Shown one piece after another: positions 9,681 to 20,899 of a stretch of DNA of 64,000 bases. The notes under the pieces were generated by a model. It worked only from the letters and a program-made list of their open reading frames with translations. It was not told the DNA's origin and searched no databases. The DNA is from Spirochaetota bacterium (GTDB lineage Bacteria; Spirochaetota; UBA12135; COTS27; CBDBHE01). The stretch's first letter is position 1, and each line of letters opens with the position of its first letter. Position numbers and translations under genes: made by a program. Where the stretch lies: assembly GCA_965205605.1 (NCBI GenBank), contig CBDBHE010000007.1:128001-192000 (forward strand), read 5' to 3'.

Positions 9681-10859
9681 ATGAAAAACAAACAATTAAT
9701 TTGTTGCACTTTGTTGAGTATTTTGATGTTTGGTAATCTGCTCGCAAAGAAGGCATTTTCAGACCAGAAACCAGAATATTTTGGTGACCCCAATTTTATT
9801 TTTGACGAATCCAAGTATGATGAAAATTATCCTGACATGAAAGAGTGGGCGAAAGCAGGTGTTAAGGGAGGGATCCCTTACAGGGGGACGCTTCCGATTA
9901 TTGCACGCATTACTACAAAAGATAATATTCAAAAAGCTATTGATCAAGCCAATCCTACTAAACCGTCAGTAATTCTACTCGCAAATGGGATCTACACAAT
10001 CACTAATTCTGTGAAAATGAAGTCTAAGATCATCTTACAGGGCACAGATAAAAACAAAACAATCATCAATGTGAACATGCGCCAAAAGTGGAAAGGATGG
10101 GGCAGAAAAAAAATCGGTATTTACTTTCGTAAGGTCAATTATGCTGGATTGGAAAACCTGACTGTACGTTTTGACTCCGGTGGAATTGAACCTGTAGATA
10201 ACAAAAATTATTCAGACAAATGGCGCAAGGGTATGATGAATAATGATGTAAAAAGAGATGACTTTTATGTGGCGCTTGTAAAATTCAGGGAAGCTACAAA
10301 CTGTTGGGTGGATGATTGTATGTTGCTTAATTCTGGTACCGACCCAGTAATTACTTCAGGTAACGACATGCACCTTACTTTCCGAAATAACTTTGTGGAT
10401 CGTGCACACAATAAAGGCGCAGGAGGTAATGGCTATTTTACCATGCGTGGACAGTATACATTAATATGTGGCAATACTATCAAGCGTCTACGTCATTTTG
10501 CTATTGAAGTAGGTGCTAAATATTGCGTGGTAGTAAACAATAAATTTGAAGTGGATGTAAACTTTCACCAAAGAGACAAGGGTCACAATTTGGTGGAAGG
10601 CAATAGTATACGCATCCCTGAATGGCACCGACACGCTGCCACCCATAGCGGCTGGGCGGTATTTGCAGCAGGTGGTTCTATTCACGGTGCTACAGGTCCA
10701 GGTAACCGTATGTTTAACAATACCAGCGATCTACGTAATTCTGGCCCTAGATTTGCAAATCCGGACACAGTCTATAAAACCCAAGGAAAATCAATCAGAG
10801 TCCACAGCACTACACCACCAAAACATGGCACTCTTTATGCTGTAAAGCTTGACTTTTAA
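9681..10859 (+). CDS. secreted right-handed parallel beta-helix protein (pectin lyase-like fold)
   Basis: AAGGAG RBS before ATG 9681, signal peptide MKNKQLICC..., W.KAGVKGGIP, IQKAIDQA, ILLANGIY, repeated N.(F/I/V) beta-helix turns. Confidence 0.78.
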   Translation: MKNKQLICCTLLSILMFGNLLAKKAFSDQKPEYFGDPNFIFDESKYDENYPDMKEWAKAGVKGGIPYRGTLPIIARITTKDNIQKAIDQANPTKPSVILLANGIYTITNSVKMKSKIILQGTDKNKTIINVNMRQKWKGWGRKKIGIYFRKVNYAGLENLTVRFDSGGIEPVDNKNYSDKWRKGMMNNDVKRDDFYVALVKFREATNCWVDDCMLLNSGTDPVITSGNDMHLTFRNNFVDRAHNKGAGGNGYFTMRGQYTLICGNTIKRLRHFAIEVGAKYCVVVNNKFEVDVNFHQRDKGHNLVEGNSIRIPEWHRHAATHSGWAVFAAGGSIHGATGPGNRMFNNTSDLRNSGPRFANPDTVYKTQGKSIRVHSTTPPKHGTLYAVKLDF

Positions 10860-11229
10860 CTAATTAGCACGAAAAATCGTTTCCTAAATTAGTATGTAGA
10901 ACTTAGGTACTAGATTTTCTTTTAGGATTTCAATAAGTAGTGTAAATGAATAGAAGATTTTTTACAAAATCGACCAAGATAAAATTGTACTAAATACTGA
11001 TTAATGTGTATACTTGCTAAAAAAGCACCCCATTTTCAATATTTATGATTTTTAAGAGAACAACTTTAGTTAAATTGATAGAAGTAATTCGAAATTACCC
11101 AATTTTAATTTTATCTTTTTATCATTCAGCTCAAATTACAATCATATCGCTCTGGGGACTGCGATACCACTGGCACATACATTGAGAATGTTTAATTTTA
11201 AAGGTTTTATTTCATTTAAAAAGATGATG

Positions 11230-11500
11230 AATCAAAAATTATAAATGGCTCTTCTTTGCTATACTGATTGCGTTTATTTTTGCAACACCAAATGCTGTTT
11301 TGGAGTATAAGAAATTTTGGTCTGGTTTCTACTGGAACTACACAATAGCTCCAATCTGGGGTGGACAATTAGGTGATATAACTTAATTACAAAAACTACC
11401 TATTACTTTAAACAGCAAGATGATTTTTCAAAAATGGGCTAAACTTAATCTTAAGCCTAGCACATTGATCTATAAGAGTCCTTTAATATACTTTGCCAAT
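11230..11500 (+). pseudogene. fragment of a membrane glycosyltransferase (GT-C/ArnT-like)
   Basis: short broken frames YKWLFFAILIAFIFATPNAVLEYKKFW and IFQKWAKLNLKPSTLI resemble GT-C family segments. Confidence 0.3.
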
Positions 11501-11839
11501 AAGTAATGTCACTAAAAGATTAACCATATAAATTAAATATGCCGTACTTTGGTGGAAGAGCAAGAAATCAGTTAAAATAGGCTAAAGAAAATAATAATAA
11601 ATACAGAGATGGAAAGAAAAAAGATACTAATTAATGGGAGTTATACTACTAAAGCTCTTTCAAGGAGTAAACCCTGACATCATTTCTTCAGCTCATTATA
11701 ATCGTTTTTTAGGTGTTAAAAGAGGGTATCTTAAAGTAAAAGACAATTCAAAAATTGAAGCATCATATTAATATTGTGCATTTTCACATAGAGTTTAGGC
11801 CGTGTAAAGAAAGCGAATTGGAAAAGGAAAAAACATGGT

Positions 11840-11912
11840 TGGGTGAGGACAGAATCGAACTGCCGACATCTACCTTGTAAGGGTAGCGCTCTACCAATTG
11901 AGCTACTCACCC
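11840..11912 (-). tRNA. tRNA-Val(TAC)
   Basis: GGGTGAG/CTCACCC acceptor stem, CTACC-CTTACAA-GGTAG anticodon arm, GTTCGATTC T-loop. Confidence 0.96.
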
Positions 11913-12102
11913 AAGATTTTGTTAAATAGTGCTATCATATAATGAAAAGACTCAATGAGTCAAACTTTTTTCAAAAAATAATTTCTTATCATTTTTTTAT
12001 CTTTTAAAACAAAAAACATACTTCAATTTTTAAAAAAATCTTATAAGATAAGAAAAGCAAAGCAAAATGTTCCAAATAAAAAAAAATTCTTTAAAACCAA
12101 AG

Positions 12103-12132
12103 TTGTATCAAATAACAAAAAAAAGTTATAAT
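12103..12132 (+). promoter_or_regulatory. putative sigma70 promoter of dnaE
   Basis: TTGTAT-18 nt-TATAAT just upstream of ATG 12149; AT-rich background weakens the call. Confidence 0.45.
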
Positions 12133-12148
12133 TTTTTTTAAAAATTCA

Positions 12149-15100
12149 ATGACTGATTTTGTTCACTTACACACTTATTCTGACTACTCTCTTTTAAAAG
12201 GAATGTCTCCCATCTCTCAGCTGACTCAAAAAGTAGCTGAAGAAACAATGCCTGCTTTGGCTTTAACTGATTTTGGAAATCTCTATGGAGCGATGGAATT
12301 TTATACTTCCGTTGAAAAAATCAATCAATCAATCAAAACGCCAATTAAACCTATTTTAGGATGTGAAATCTTAATTAATACCAATCATGCTTTTTTTCCT
12401 CTACTTCTTTTGGTGAAAAATTTAAAAGGATATAAAAACTTAATTAAATTAATTTCAACGGCTTGTCTTAAAAAAAAATCAACCGACCCTTTCCCTTCTA
12501 TTAAAAAAAAAGTACTTGAAAATTATAAAGAAGGACTCATCGCTCTTTCTGCTGGTCTTGAAGGTGAAATTGCTTGTTTAATCCTTCAAAACAAATCTCC
12601 TGAAAAAGTAATCGATTTTTATGCTTCTTTATTTGGAAAAGATCACTTTTTTTTAGAAATACAAAACCATCAGAATAAAGATGAACTTCGTATTCGTGAA
12701 AAATTAAGCCAGCTTTCTAAAACAATGAAGCTTCCTTTAGTTGCCACTAATGAAGTGCGCTACCTCAATAAAGAAGATGCCTCAGCTCATGAAATTTTAC
12801 TACGTATTCAATCAAAAGAGACGATTTTTGAAACAGAAAAAAATGGAAAAATCACTCAATTTTCTACTCCTGGTACAGGGTATCACTTTAAAACTTATGA
12901 AGAAATGTTAGTTAATTTTCCAGATCAAAAAGAAGCTTTAAAAAACACTGTCAAAATTGCAGAAATGTGTCATTTAACTTTTCCAAAAACAAAAATTCAC
13001 TACCCTCTTTTTACAGTCCCCAAAAAAAAAAGCGAGTTTGAATTTTTAAAAGAAGAGTGCTTAAAAAGATTAAAAGAAAAAAAGCAAACTCTTAGTGAAA
13101 CTTATTTAAACAGACTTGAATACGAACTTGATATTATCAAACGAATGGGCTTCTCTTCTTACTTTCTTATTACAGCTGATTTTATTAATTTTGCTAAAAA
13201 AAAAGGAATCCTCGTAGGGCCAGGTAGAGGTTCAGCAGCAGGATCTTTGGTGGTGTATGCCATGGGGATCACTTCTATTGATCCAATTGAAAATGGACTC
13301 CTTTTCGAACGTTTTTTAAATCCTGAAAGAATCACCCTTCCTGATATTGATATTGATTTTCAAGATAATCGAAGAGAAGAAATTATTGAATATTGTAAAA
13401 AAAAATATGGCACCAATCGAATCGCTCAAATTATTACTTACGGAAAATTAAAAGCAAGAGCTGTTTTTAAAGATATCTCAAGAGTTTTTAAAATTGACTT
13501 TAACAAAGCCAATCAAATTTCATCTCTCATTACTCAAGGAAAAACTCTAAAAACAACTTATGAAGAAAATGATGCTTTCAAAGACACCATTATAGGTAAT
13601 ATCTTACTACAAAATGTTTATCGGTATGCTTTAAAATTAGAAGGCCTTACGCGACACACCGGGGTTCATGCTGCTGGAGTGATTATTTCCGATCGGAGTA
13701 TTGATTCTTACGTTCCTCTGACAAAAGACGAAGAAGGCAATATTTTGACTCAATATGAAGGGGGTCTTCTTGAAGAAAAATGTGGTTTAATAAAAATGGA
13801 TTTTTTAGGCCTCAAAACACTTTCTATTTTACAAGAATGCATCACTCTTATTAAACAAACTAAAAAAGAAACCATTGATTTAGAATCAATTTCCTTAAAA
13901 GATCTCAAAACCTATTCCTTGCTTTCAAAAGGAAACTCTTTAGGTGTTTTTCAGTTTGAATCTTCAGGGATGAGGCAATGTCTAAAAGAATTAAAACCCA
14001 ATTGTCTTGAAGACTTAACAACGATGAACGCCATGTATCGTCCAGGTCCAATGAGTTGGATTTCTATTTATATCGCTAAAAAACATCATAAAAAACCACG
14101 TTTTGAAGACCCAAAGCTTAAATCAGATTTTGAAAAACATGAAAAACTTTTAAAAAAATATCCCGTATTAGAAGAAATCTTAAAAACAACCAATGGAATC
14201 CCTATTTACCAAGAACAAATTATGGAAATAGGTAAAAACTACGCTGGGCTTTCTTTTGGAAAAGCAGATTTGATGAGACGAGCTATGGGGAAAAAAAAAA
14301 TTAAAGAACTCGCTAAAATCGAAAAGGAATTTATCAAAGGAGCTGAAAATAAAGGTTATCAAGGCAAAGATTCAAAGTTTTTATTTGAAAAAATTATTAT
14401 GCCTTTCGCCGGCTATGGTTTTAATAAGTCTCATGCTGTTTGTTATGCCTATATCGCTTATCAAACCGCTTATTTAAAAGCTAATTATACGGCTGAGTTT
14501 ATGACTTCTTTACTTAATTCAGAATGTGATAATACTGACAAAATTAAATTTTATCTCGATGAAGCCACTCTTTTAAAAATTAAAGTCCTTCCCCCAGATA
14601 TTAATAATTCTAGCATTAACTTTAAAGTCATTCCCCCCCACATCACCTATGCTTTAAGGGCCATTAAAGGTGTGGGAAAAAATGTTAGCTTACAAATCAT
14701 TGAAAACAGAAAAACAAAAGGAACCTATACTTCCTTTGAAGATTTCCTTAGAAAAAATAACAATAATCTTAACAAGCAAGTCGTAGAAAACTTAATCAAA
14801 GTAGGTTCTTTTCTTTCTTTAGGCGTTAAAATACAAACACTCCTAGAGGCATACCCTTTAATCACCGAAAAACTAAATGAAGAAGAAACAATGAAACGAG
14901 GTGGACAAGTAACCCTTTTTGATAACAAAAAACTTTTAGATCAAACAGCTCACGAAGACCAATTTAAAAAATTACTAATCCCTAAAGCAGACTTCATTGA
15001 TAATTTAAAAGAATATGAAAAACAAGCTTTAGGGTTTAATTTACGCCATAATGAAGTCATCCAACATTCCAAAGAAATGGTAACAAAAACCAATATTGAT

Positions 15101-15694
15101 TTTTCTAATAAAACCATTTGGATCGATAGAAAAATTGTAAAAGCACTAGTCTTTATTGAAAATATTAGAGCCATTAAAACAAAAAAAAACTCTGATATGG
15201 CTTTTGTAACCATCAAACACCCAACTGGTGTCTCAGATGCTATTATTTTTCCAACTCAATACAAAAAAATTAAAGATCAAAAAACTAAAACAAAAAACTT
15301 GGTTTTACAAAAAGGAATCCTCGTCTATATCATTGGAATAATACAAAATAATACAAAAGGACAAAGTATTATTATCGAAAAAATTAAAGAATTTATCCCT
15401 GAAAAAAAAAACCATCATCTTAACTCTGAGCCTAAACAACCAAAAATAATGCCTTCTATTTTAAACACCTTATCTATTAAATTTTCAAACAATCAAGCCA
15501 CTAAAGAAGAGCTTTTAGATTTAAAAAGTACTCTTAAAAAACAAGCTGGAAAAAAATGTAAAATTGTATTGCTTTTTAACAATGGCCAAAAAGATATCAA
15601 AGTAGAAACAAATGATGTTTTAGTTGATTATTCAGAAAAATTAATTGAAAATCTTTATAAAAAAAATTTTGTTCAAAAAGCTTGGTTTCATTAA
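12149..15694 (+). CDS. dnaE: DNA polymerase III alpha subunit
   Basis: FVHLHTYSDYS PHP domain, GPGRGSAAGS, PDIDIDF, KMDFLGLKTL, FAGYGFNKSHA. Confidence 0.97.
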   Translation: MTDFVHLHTYSDYSLLKGMSPISQLTQKVAEETMPALALTDFGNLYGAMEFYTSVEKINQSIKTPIKPILGCEILINTNHAFFPLLLLVKNLKGYKNLIKLISTACLKKKSTDPFPSIKKKVLENYKEGLIALSAGLEGEIACLILQNKSPEKVIDFYASLFGKDHFFLEIQNHQNKDELRIREKLSQLSKTMKLPLVATNEVRYLNKEDASAHEILLRIQSKETIFETEKNGKITQFSTPGTGYHFKTYEEMLVNFPDQKEALKNTVKIAEMCHLTFPKTKIHYPLFTVPKKKSEFEFLKEECLKRLKEKKQTLSETYLNRLEYELDIIKRMGFSSYFLITADFINFAKKKGILVGPGRGSAAGSLVVYAMGITSIDPIENGLLFERFLNPERITLPDIDIDFQDNRREEIIEYCKKKYGTNRIAQIITYGKLKARAVFKDISRVFKIDFNKANQISSLITQGKTLKTTYEENDAFKDTIIGNILLQNVYRYALKLEGLTRHTGVHAAGVIISDRSIDSYVPLTKDEEGNILTQYEGGLLEEKCGLIKMDFLGLKTLSILQECITLIKQTKKETIDLESISLKDLKTYSLLSKGNSLGVFQFESSGMRQCLKELKPNCLEDLTTMNAMYRPGPMSWISIYIAKKHHKKPRFEDPKLKSDFEKHEKLLKKYPVLEEILKTTNGIPIYQEQIMEIGKNYAGLSFGKADLMRRAMGKKKIKELAKIEKEFIKGAENKGYQGKDSKFLFEKIIMPFAGYGFNKSHAVCYAYIAYQTAYLKANYTAEFMTSLLNSECDNTDKIKFYLDEATLLKIKVLPPDINNSSINFKVIPPHITYALRAIKGVGKNVSLQIIENRKTKGTYTSFEDFLRKNNNNLNKQVVENLIKVGSFLSLGVKIQTLLEAYPLITEKLNEEETMKRGGQVTLFDNKKLLDQTAHEDQFKKLLIPKADFIDNLKEYEKQALGFNLRHNEVIQHSKEMVTKTNIDFSNKTIWIDRKIVKALVFIENIRAIKTKKNSDMAFVTIKHPTGVSDAIIFPTQYKKIKDQKTKTKNLVLQKGILVYIIGIIQNNTKGQSIIIEKIKEFIPEKKNHHLNSEPKQPKIMPSILNTLSIKFSNNQATKEELLDLKSTLKKQAGKKCKIVLLFNNGQKDIKVETNDVLVDYSEKLIENLYKKNFVQKAWFH

Positions 15695-15716
15695 ATAAAT
15701 AAGCTAGAAATTTTAT

Positions 15717-18137
15717 TTAGAGGGTATATATCTTCATATTAACTTCAAGCTCTTTTGGATAAGAACCATCTTCATTTTGAAATTTCCTGTATTTTGCTTC
15801 TAAAGAAGATAAACTTCTTGATGCTTGATGATGATGTCGACTAACCAGCCTTTCAAAAGCAGGTAAATTAGCAAGCTTTTTTCTAATAGATTTGCTAAAA
15901 GGTAAGTGTCTAAAAAAGAGATCTCTTACAACAGTATCTAATTTCATCACCCCTTGACTTTCGTACTTAATCCATAAAGAATAATAAAATCCAAAAATTC
16001 GCTTATTATCTTTACGATTAGAGGTAATGATTTTTTTAATTTTTTCTTTTGCTCCTGTCGATAATTTAGAGTTTTTCTTATAAGTAGTAATATAATTATA
16101 AAAAGCACCCGTAATGCCTCCATCAATAGGATCCGACCAAGAAAGACCTTTGACTGTACAACAAATCTCCCACCGATATTCTCCCAAAGCTTTAATAAAC
16201 GCTTTTTCTAAATCCCCTGTAAAAAACAAAGGAATCAAAAAACGTGCTCTAGTTTGTTTATTAGTCCCACTAATGTCTTGCCAAAAAAAGACTTTATCTC
16301 CTATTACTGGTAAAATAACTACATAAGGGAAGACCTCCATTTGAATAATGGTATTGGCTTTTTTTGAAAGCCGGTAAAGAGTTTCCCTATAAAAAAGGCT
16401 ATAATCTCTTTCAATAATGGATTGAAAGATTTTATCAATTTTTTGTTTTTGAATCATAATTTCTTTAAAATCATGTGGCTTGTTAAGCTCTGTCATAAAA
16501 AAAAGTGCTCTAGGAGGAGATTCATTAACAATTTTAAGAGCAACTGAAATCATATTATCCATTTCATATTTAACAATGGCTTTTTTTATATCTTCCTCGC
16601 TTAAACCTTCTTCTATTTTTCTTTGTTTAGAAGACTTTCGCTTTTCTTTTTCTAAAAGAAATTTTTGATAAGTCACTCCAAGCTCTGTATTAGAAGGGAT
16701 TTCCTCTCCATTATAAATATTTTTAAGCCAATCAAATAAAGAAATAAAAATCAATTGACTCTCCACTTCTTCAGAATAACTTTCTAAAAAATTTTTTGCT
16801 TCTGCATCCACTAGATCTTTACTGATAAAACTAAAATTCAAAAACAACAAAAAATCTTTATTTTTTTTTATTGGTAATTCTTTTTGAAAAAGATGGGTGC
16901 TTACCTTAATATAAAGATTGACATAATTTTCATTTATTTTCTTAATCACAATACGTTCTTTATCATTGGCATCTTGAAGATTTTTTATCTGTCCCAAAGC
17001 TTTATAGCTAGTGCTTAATTCTTTTAGGAATTCTGGTTCTAAAAAATCAGCCTCTTTAATAGAAGGCAGCATTGCCGCACTTAATTGCACTTCTTTTTTT
17101 CTTTTTAATGGCCTGCCTATTTCTTCACTGTCTTCTGCCCCTTCTCCTTTATAGATTTTTTCTAAGGAAGAAGTAAGTAGAAAACTAATTTTTTTAAAAT
17201 CAAATAATTTTTCAATCGAATCTTTTATTTCTGAAAAAGCCATCAAAAAATCCTCTTTAAGCATATTTAAACTTTCTGATATTTCTTGATTCCAATTAAT
17301 TTTTTTGTTAATACTTAAAGAAACTGTTTTAGCCAAAATGGATTCTTCTCCTTCAACAAGAGCTAAGATTTCTGTATAAATTCTCTTTACTTTCTTTTCT
17401 ATATTAAGAAAATAATAATGAATCTCACTACCGAGTACTTCATAAATTTTACTCAAAATATGTAAATGTTGTTTGGAAAGTTGCTTTAAAAACCGATCTT
17501 CTTTTTCAAAAAAATCATTAATAAAAATCGTTTCTTTTTTAGAAAAATCTTCTTTTTCAAAAAAAGGAGTAAAGTTCATTGTAAAAGCTTTTCCTTCAGT
17601 AAAGCTAATATTTTCATCTGCAACTTTTTCAATGAATTGCTCCATGATTTTTTGATAACCGACATTCTTTTCAAAGCTTATACCACAAATAGAAATATGA
17701 AGAAGAAATTTTCTATTAAGTTCAAAAATATTGTCATAAAAAGTCTTTAATTTTTGATACAGATCTTTATATTCTTTTAAAGATTGCTCCATTTGCCTTA
17801 AGACTTTAATTCCTAAGTCAATATTATGATAAAAAAAAGTTTGACTATTTTTAATCGGATAAATAGAAATCGACCCTTTTCTCTCTGAAAAAATATTTGG
17901 AAAAACAAGGCTTTTGGTGCAAAGAGAAAGTCCGCCTAAAAAATCATTGGTACTTAAAGTTTTAATTTTAAAAAAAACACGACCTCCTTCAAGTTTTTTA
18001 TCCGGATAAGAAATAACGCTAACAACACCACTATTAAGTCTAATAAAATAAGAACCTCGACTATTTTCATCTAAAAGAAGCTCCCCTTCTTTAAAAACAA
18101 CTTGTTCTTGAAAAACATTTAATTTTTTTAAAGACAC
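15717..18137 (-). CDS. large protein with N-terminal cyclic-nucleotide-binding-like domain (spirochete-type)
   Basis: FKEGELLLDEN...LNSGVVSV cNMP-like start; C-terminal YNGEEIPS, DYSLFYRE, W..GGITG.FY segments. Confidence 0.6.
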   Translation of the reverse strand: MSLKKLNVFQEQVVFKEGELLLDENSRGSYFIRLNSGVVSVISYPDKKLEGGRVFFKIKTLSTNDFLGGLSLCTKSLVFPNIFSERKGSISIYPIKNSQTFFYHNIDLGIKVLRQMEQSLKEYKDLYQKLKTFYDNIFELNRKFLLHISICGISFEKNVGYQKIMEQFIEKVADENISFTEGKAFTMNFTPFFEKEDFSKKETIFINDFFEKEDRFLKQLSKQHLHILSKIYEVLGSEIHYYFLNIEKKVKRIYTEILALVEGEESILAKTVSLSINKKINWNQEISESLNMLKEDFLMAFSEIKDSIEKLFDFKKISFLLTSSLEKIYKGEGAEDSEEIGRPLKRKKEVQLSAAMLPSIKEADFLEPEFLKELSTSYKALGQIKNLQDANDKERIVIKKINENYVNLYIKVSTHLFQKELPIKKNKDFLLFLNFSFISKDLVDAEAKNFLESYSEEVESQLIFISLFDWLKNIYNGEEIPSNTELGVTYQKFLLEKEKRKSSKQRKIEEGLSEEDIKKAIVKYEMDNMISVALKIVNESPPRALFFMTELNKPHDFKEIMIQKQKIDKIFQSIIERDYSLFYRETLYRLSKKANTIIQMEVFPYVVILPVIGDKVFFWQDISGTNKQTRARFLIPLFFTGDLEKAFIKALGEYRWEICCTVKGLSWSDPIDGGITGAFYNYITTYKKNSKLSTGAKEKIKKIITSNRKDNKRIFGFYYSLWIKYESQGVMKLDTVVRDLFFRHLPFSKSIRKKLANLPAFERLVSRHHHQASRSLSSLEAKYRKFQNEDGSYPKELEVNMKIYTL

Positions 18138-18257
18138 GTTTTACTCATCATTTTTTTTATAACAAAATTTTTTAATAAAAAACAAGAAAGGATCAATTTT
18201 TTCAAAATGATTGACAACGAAATCATACTAATATTTTTCGGAAAGAATCTAAAAATC

Positions 18258-19028
18258 TTAAAACAAAACTCCATCTTCAAAAACAACTTTCCAATCTTTT
18301 TTCTCAAGTAATTGCTCAACAAATAAAGGAATCACTTTAGTGGCTTTTCCATAAATACTTTTTTGAAAAAACTTTTGATTAACAGAAGGTTGTAAATTGA
18401 TTTCAATGGTTTGTGCCCCTGCTAAAAAAGCTTGCTCTACAAAACCAGCAGCCGGAGACACATTTCCCGAAGTTCCTATAGAAATAAACAAGCCGGCTTG
18501 GGCTAATTTTTCATCAATTAGCTCCATCTCAAAAGGCATTTCTTCAAACCACACAATGCGAGGTCTTAAGCTTTTAGTTTTTAAGCATTTGGGACAAGGT
18601 AAAGCCGTACTTGTGTGTTTTTTCCACTCAAAGATATTTTCACAATAAATACAAAAAACTTTTAAAAGTTCTCCATGCATATGGATGACTTCTGTTTGCT
18701 TTGCTCTTTCATGCATGTTGTCTACATTCTGAGTAATCACACACACTTCTTCTTTCCATTCTTTTTGTAATTTGGATAAAGCAAAATGAGCTTTATTAGG
18801 CTTGATAGATGGATGCTTAAGCGCTTTTCGTCTTTCATTATAAAAGTGATGCACTAAATCTGGATTTCTTATAAATCCTCCAGGCGTTGCAATATCTTCA
18901 ATCACATGACCTTCCCAAAGCCCTTCTTGCTCTCTAAAAGTTTTAATTCCTGATTCTGCAGAAATACCTGCACCCGTTAAAATAACAATTTTTTTTTTAG
19001 AATTCAATGATAAAAAAAAATCTTTCAA
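18258..19028 (-). CDS. cobB: NAD-dependent protein deacylase (sirtuin)
   Basis: LTGAGISAESGIKTFR, ITQNVD, HMHGEL, CxxC...CxxC, LRPRIVWF, GTSG. Confidence 0.94.
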   Translation of the reverse strand: MKDFFLSLNSKKKIVILTGAGISAESGIKTFREQEGLWEGHVIEDIATPGGFIRNPDLVHHFYNERRKALKHPSIKPNKAHFALSKLQKEWKEEVCVITQNVDNMHERAKQTEVIHMHGELLKVFCIYCENIFEWKKHTSTALPCPKCLKTKSLRPRIVWFEEMPFEMELIDEKLAQAGLFISIGTSGNVSPAAGFVEQAFLAGAQTIEINLQPSVNQKFFQKSIYGKATKVIPLFVEQLLEKKDWKVVFEDGVLF

Positions 19029-19076
19029 TTAATAATAAAAGTTCCAATGTAAAATAGTTAGTTAGTTAATTAAACA

Positions 19077-20202
19077 ATGAAAACGATATTTTTTTTCCTA
19101 GTTTTTTTTCTATTTTCTTGCTCTAACTCAAAAGAAAACGTAAAAAAAAAACCAAAGCAAAGCAAAAAAAATATCGTAAGAACGATTAAAGTCTTTCGTA
19201 CTAACATTACCCAAATTTTAAAAGAAAGCGGCAGTATCGAACCCGAAAAAGAACCCGAAGTTAAATCTAGAATCAGTGGGCGTGTGACGTCTATTTTAGT
19301 GAACGAAGGGGATAAAGTAAAAAAAGGACAAGTGATTGCAAAAATAGAACCTAATTTAGAACAAATAAAAACCATTAGTTCGATCACAAAACGAAATCAA
19401 CAGTTTCAAATTAACCTTGAAAATAAACAAAGGAATTTTGATCGTAATAAAGATTTGTTTAACAAGGGATTTATTTCTGAAGACACTTATAAAGACTCAA
19501 AAGATGATTATGAAATCGCTTTGATAGAATACAATTCTTTAAAAAGAGAAATTGAAATCTTTAAAGAAGAAATTGGTTCTAAAAAAGGATTAAAAATCAA
19601 AAAACTCTCTGTTGTTTCTCCTATTACAGGAGTGATTATTTCAAAACAAGTAGAAGAAGGAGAAATCATTAGTGGTGATAGTAGTACTCGTAGTGGTAGC
19701 ACTCTTTTCAAAATAGCAAATATTTCAAAACTCGTTGCTAAAATTACTTTAAGTGAAATTGACATTTACAAAGTTTACCTCAATCAAAAGGCAACCTTAC
19801 GCATCACTGCCAACCCCAATAAAATCTATGATGGATTTATTTCTAAAATTGCCCCTAGAGCCTCTAGTAAAAGAGGGGTAAAAGTATTTCCCATTGAAAT
19901 CAAAATTAACCAACAAGACCATCGTCTTAGACCAGGAATGAGTGCTAGTGTCGATCTTATCGTTGATACACGTAAAAATATTATTGCCATCCCCCTTACA
20001 TGTCTTTATGCAAACAATAATCTTTTCTATGTTTTTAAAGAAATAAAAAAAAAAAACAGAAAAACAACAAGTATTTATTGGTTCTTATGATTATGCTAAT
20101 GTAGAAATCACAAAAGGACTGACAGAAGGAGACATTATTCATAAAAAAATTAGTCGAGAAAAACTAGAAAAATTTTCCAATTTAGATTTAAAAACCTTAT
20201 AA
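19077..20202 (+). CDS. efflux membrane-fusion/periplasmic adaptor lipoprotein (MacA-like); frameshift in A12 run at 20045-20056
   Basis: EVKSRISGRV..ILVNEGDKVKKGQ, SPITGVI, LRPGMSA; conserved VEITKGLTEGD tail continues in another frame to TAA 20202. Confidence 0.88.
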
Positions 20203-20216
20203 AAAAATCTAACTTA

Positions 20217-20891
20217 ATGAATGTCATTGAATGCAAAAATATCTCAAAAAATTATTATTTAGGCAAAAATAAAATCCAAATTCTTAAAGAAGTTAATCTT
20301 AAAATAAAAAAATCAGAATATATTTCTATTTTAGGGACTTCTGGGAGCGGAAAAACAACTCTTCTAAATATTTTAGGCTGTTTAGATCGAGCTTCTTCAG
20401 GGACGTATTTAATTAATCAAACAAATATTAGCCTTTATTCTAAAAAAAAATTAAACATAATTAGAAATAAAGAAATTGGTTTTATTTTTCAAAGCTTTAA
20501 TTTACTAAGTCGTTATAATGTGTATTCAAATGTAGAGCTCCCTTTGCTTTATACCAAAATGAGTGCCTCTAGAAGAAAAGACAAAGTCCAAAAAGCCATC
20601 AAGCAAGTCGGCCTTTTAGATAGAATCAAACACAAACCTAGCGAACTTTCTGGTGGGCAAAAACAACGTGTTGCCATTGCAAGATCTCTTGTTAATGATC
20701 CAAGTATTGTTATTGCTGATGAACCAACAGGAAACTTGGATAGTAAAACAAGTGATGAAATTTTAAATCTTTTTGAAGCCTTAGTCCATCAAGGTAATAC
20801 TATCATTATGGTTACTCACGACTTAAAAGTAGCAAAACGCACCCAAAGAACTATCCAACTTGTTGACGGAAAAATTATCAAAAAAAACTAA
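20217..20891 (+). CDS. ABC transporter ATP-binding protein (MacB/LolD type)
   Basis: GTSGSGKTT, LSGGQKQRVAIARS, ADEPTGNLD, VTHD. Confidence 0.95.
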   Translation: MNVIECKNISKNYYLGKNKIQILKEVNLKIKKSEYISILGTSGSGKTTLLNILGCLDRASSGTYLINQTNISLYSKKKLNIIRNKEIGFIFQSFNLLSRYNVYSNVELPLLYTKMSASRRKDKVQKAIKQVGLLDRIKHKPSELSGGQKQRVAIARSLVNDPSIVIADEPTGNLDSKTSDEILNLFEALVHQGNTIIMVTHDLKVAKRTQRTIQLVDGKIIKKN

Positions 20892-20899
20892 ATAAAATC

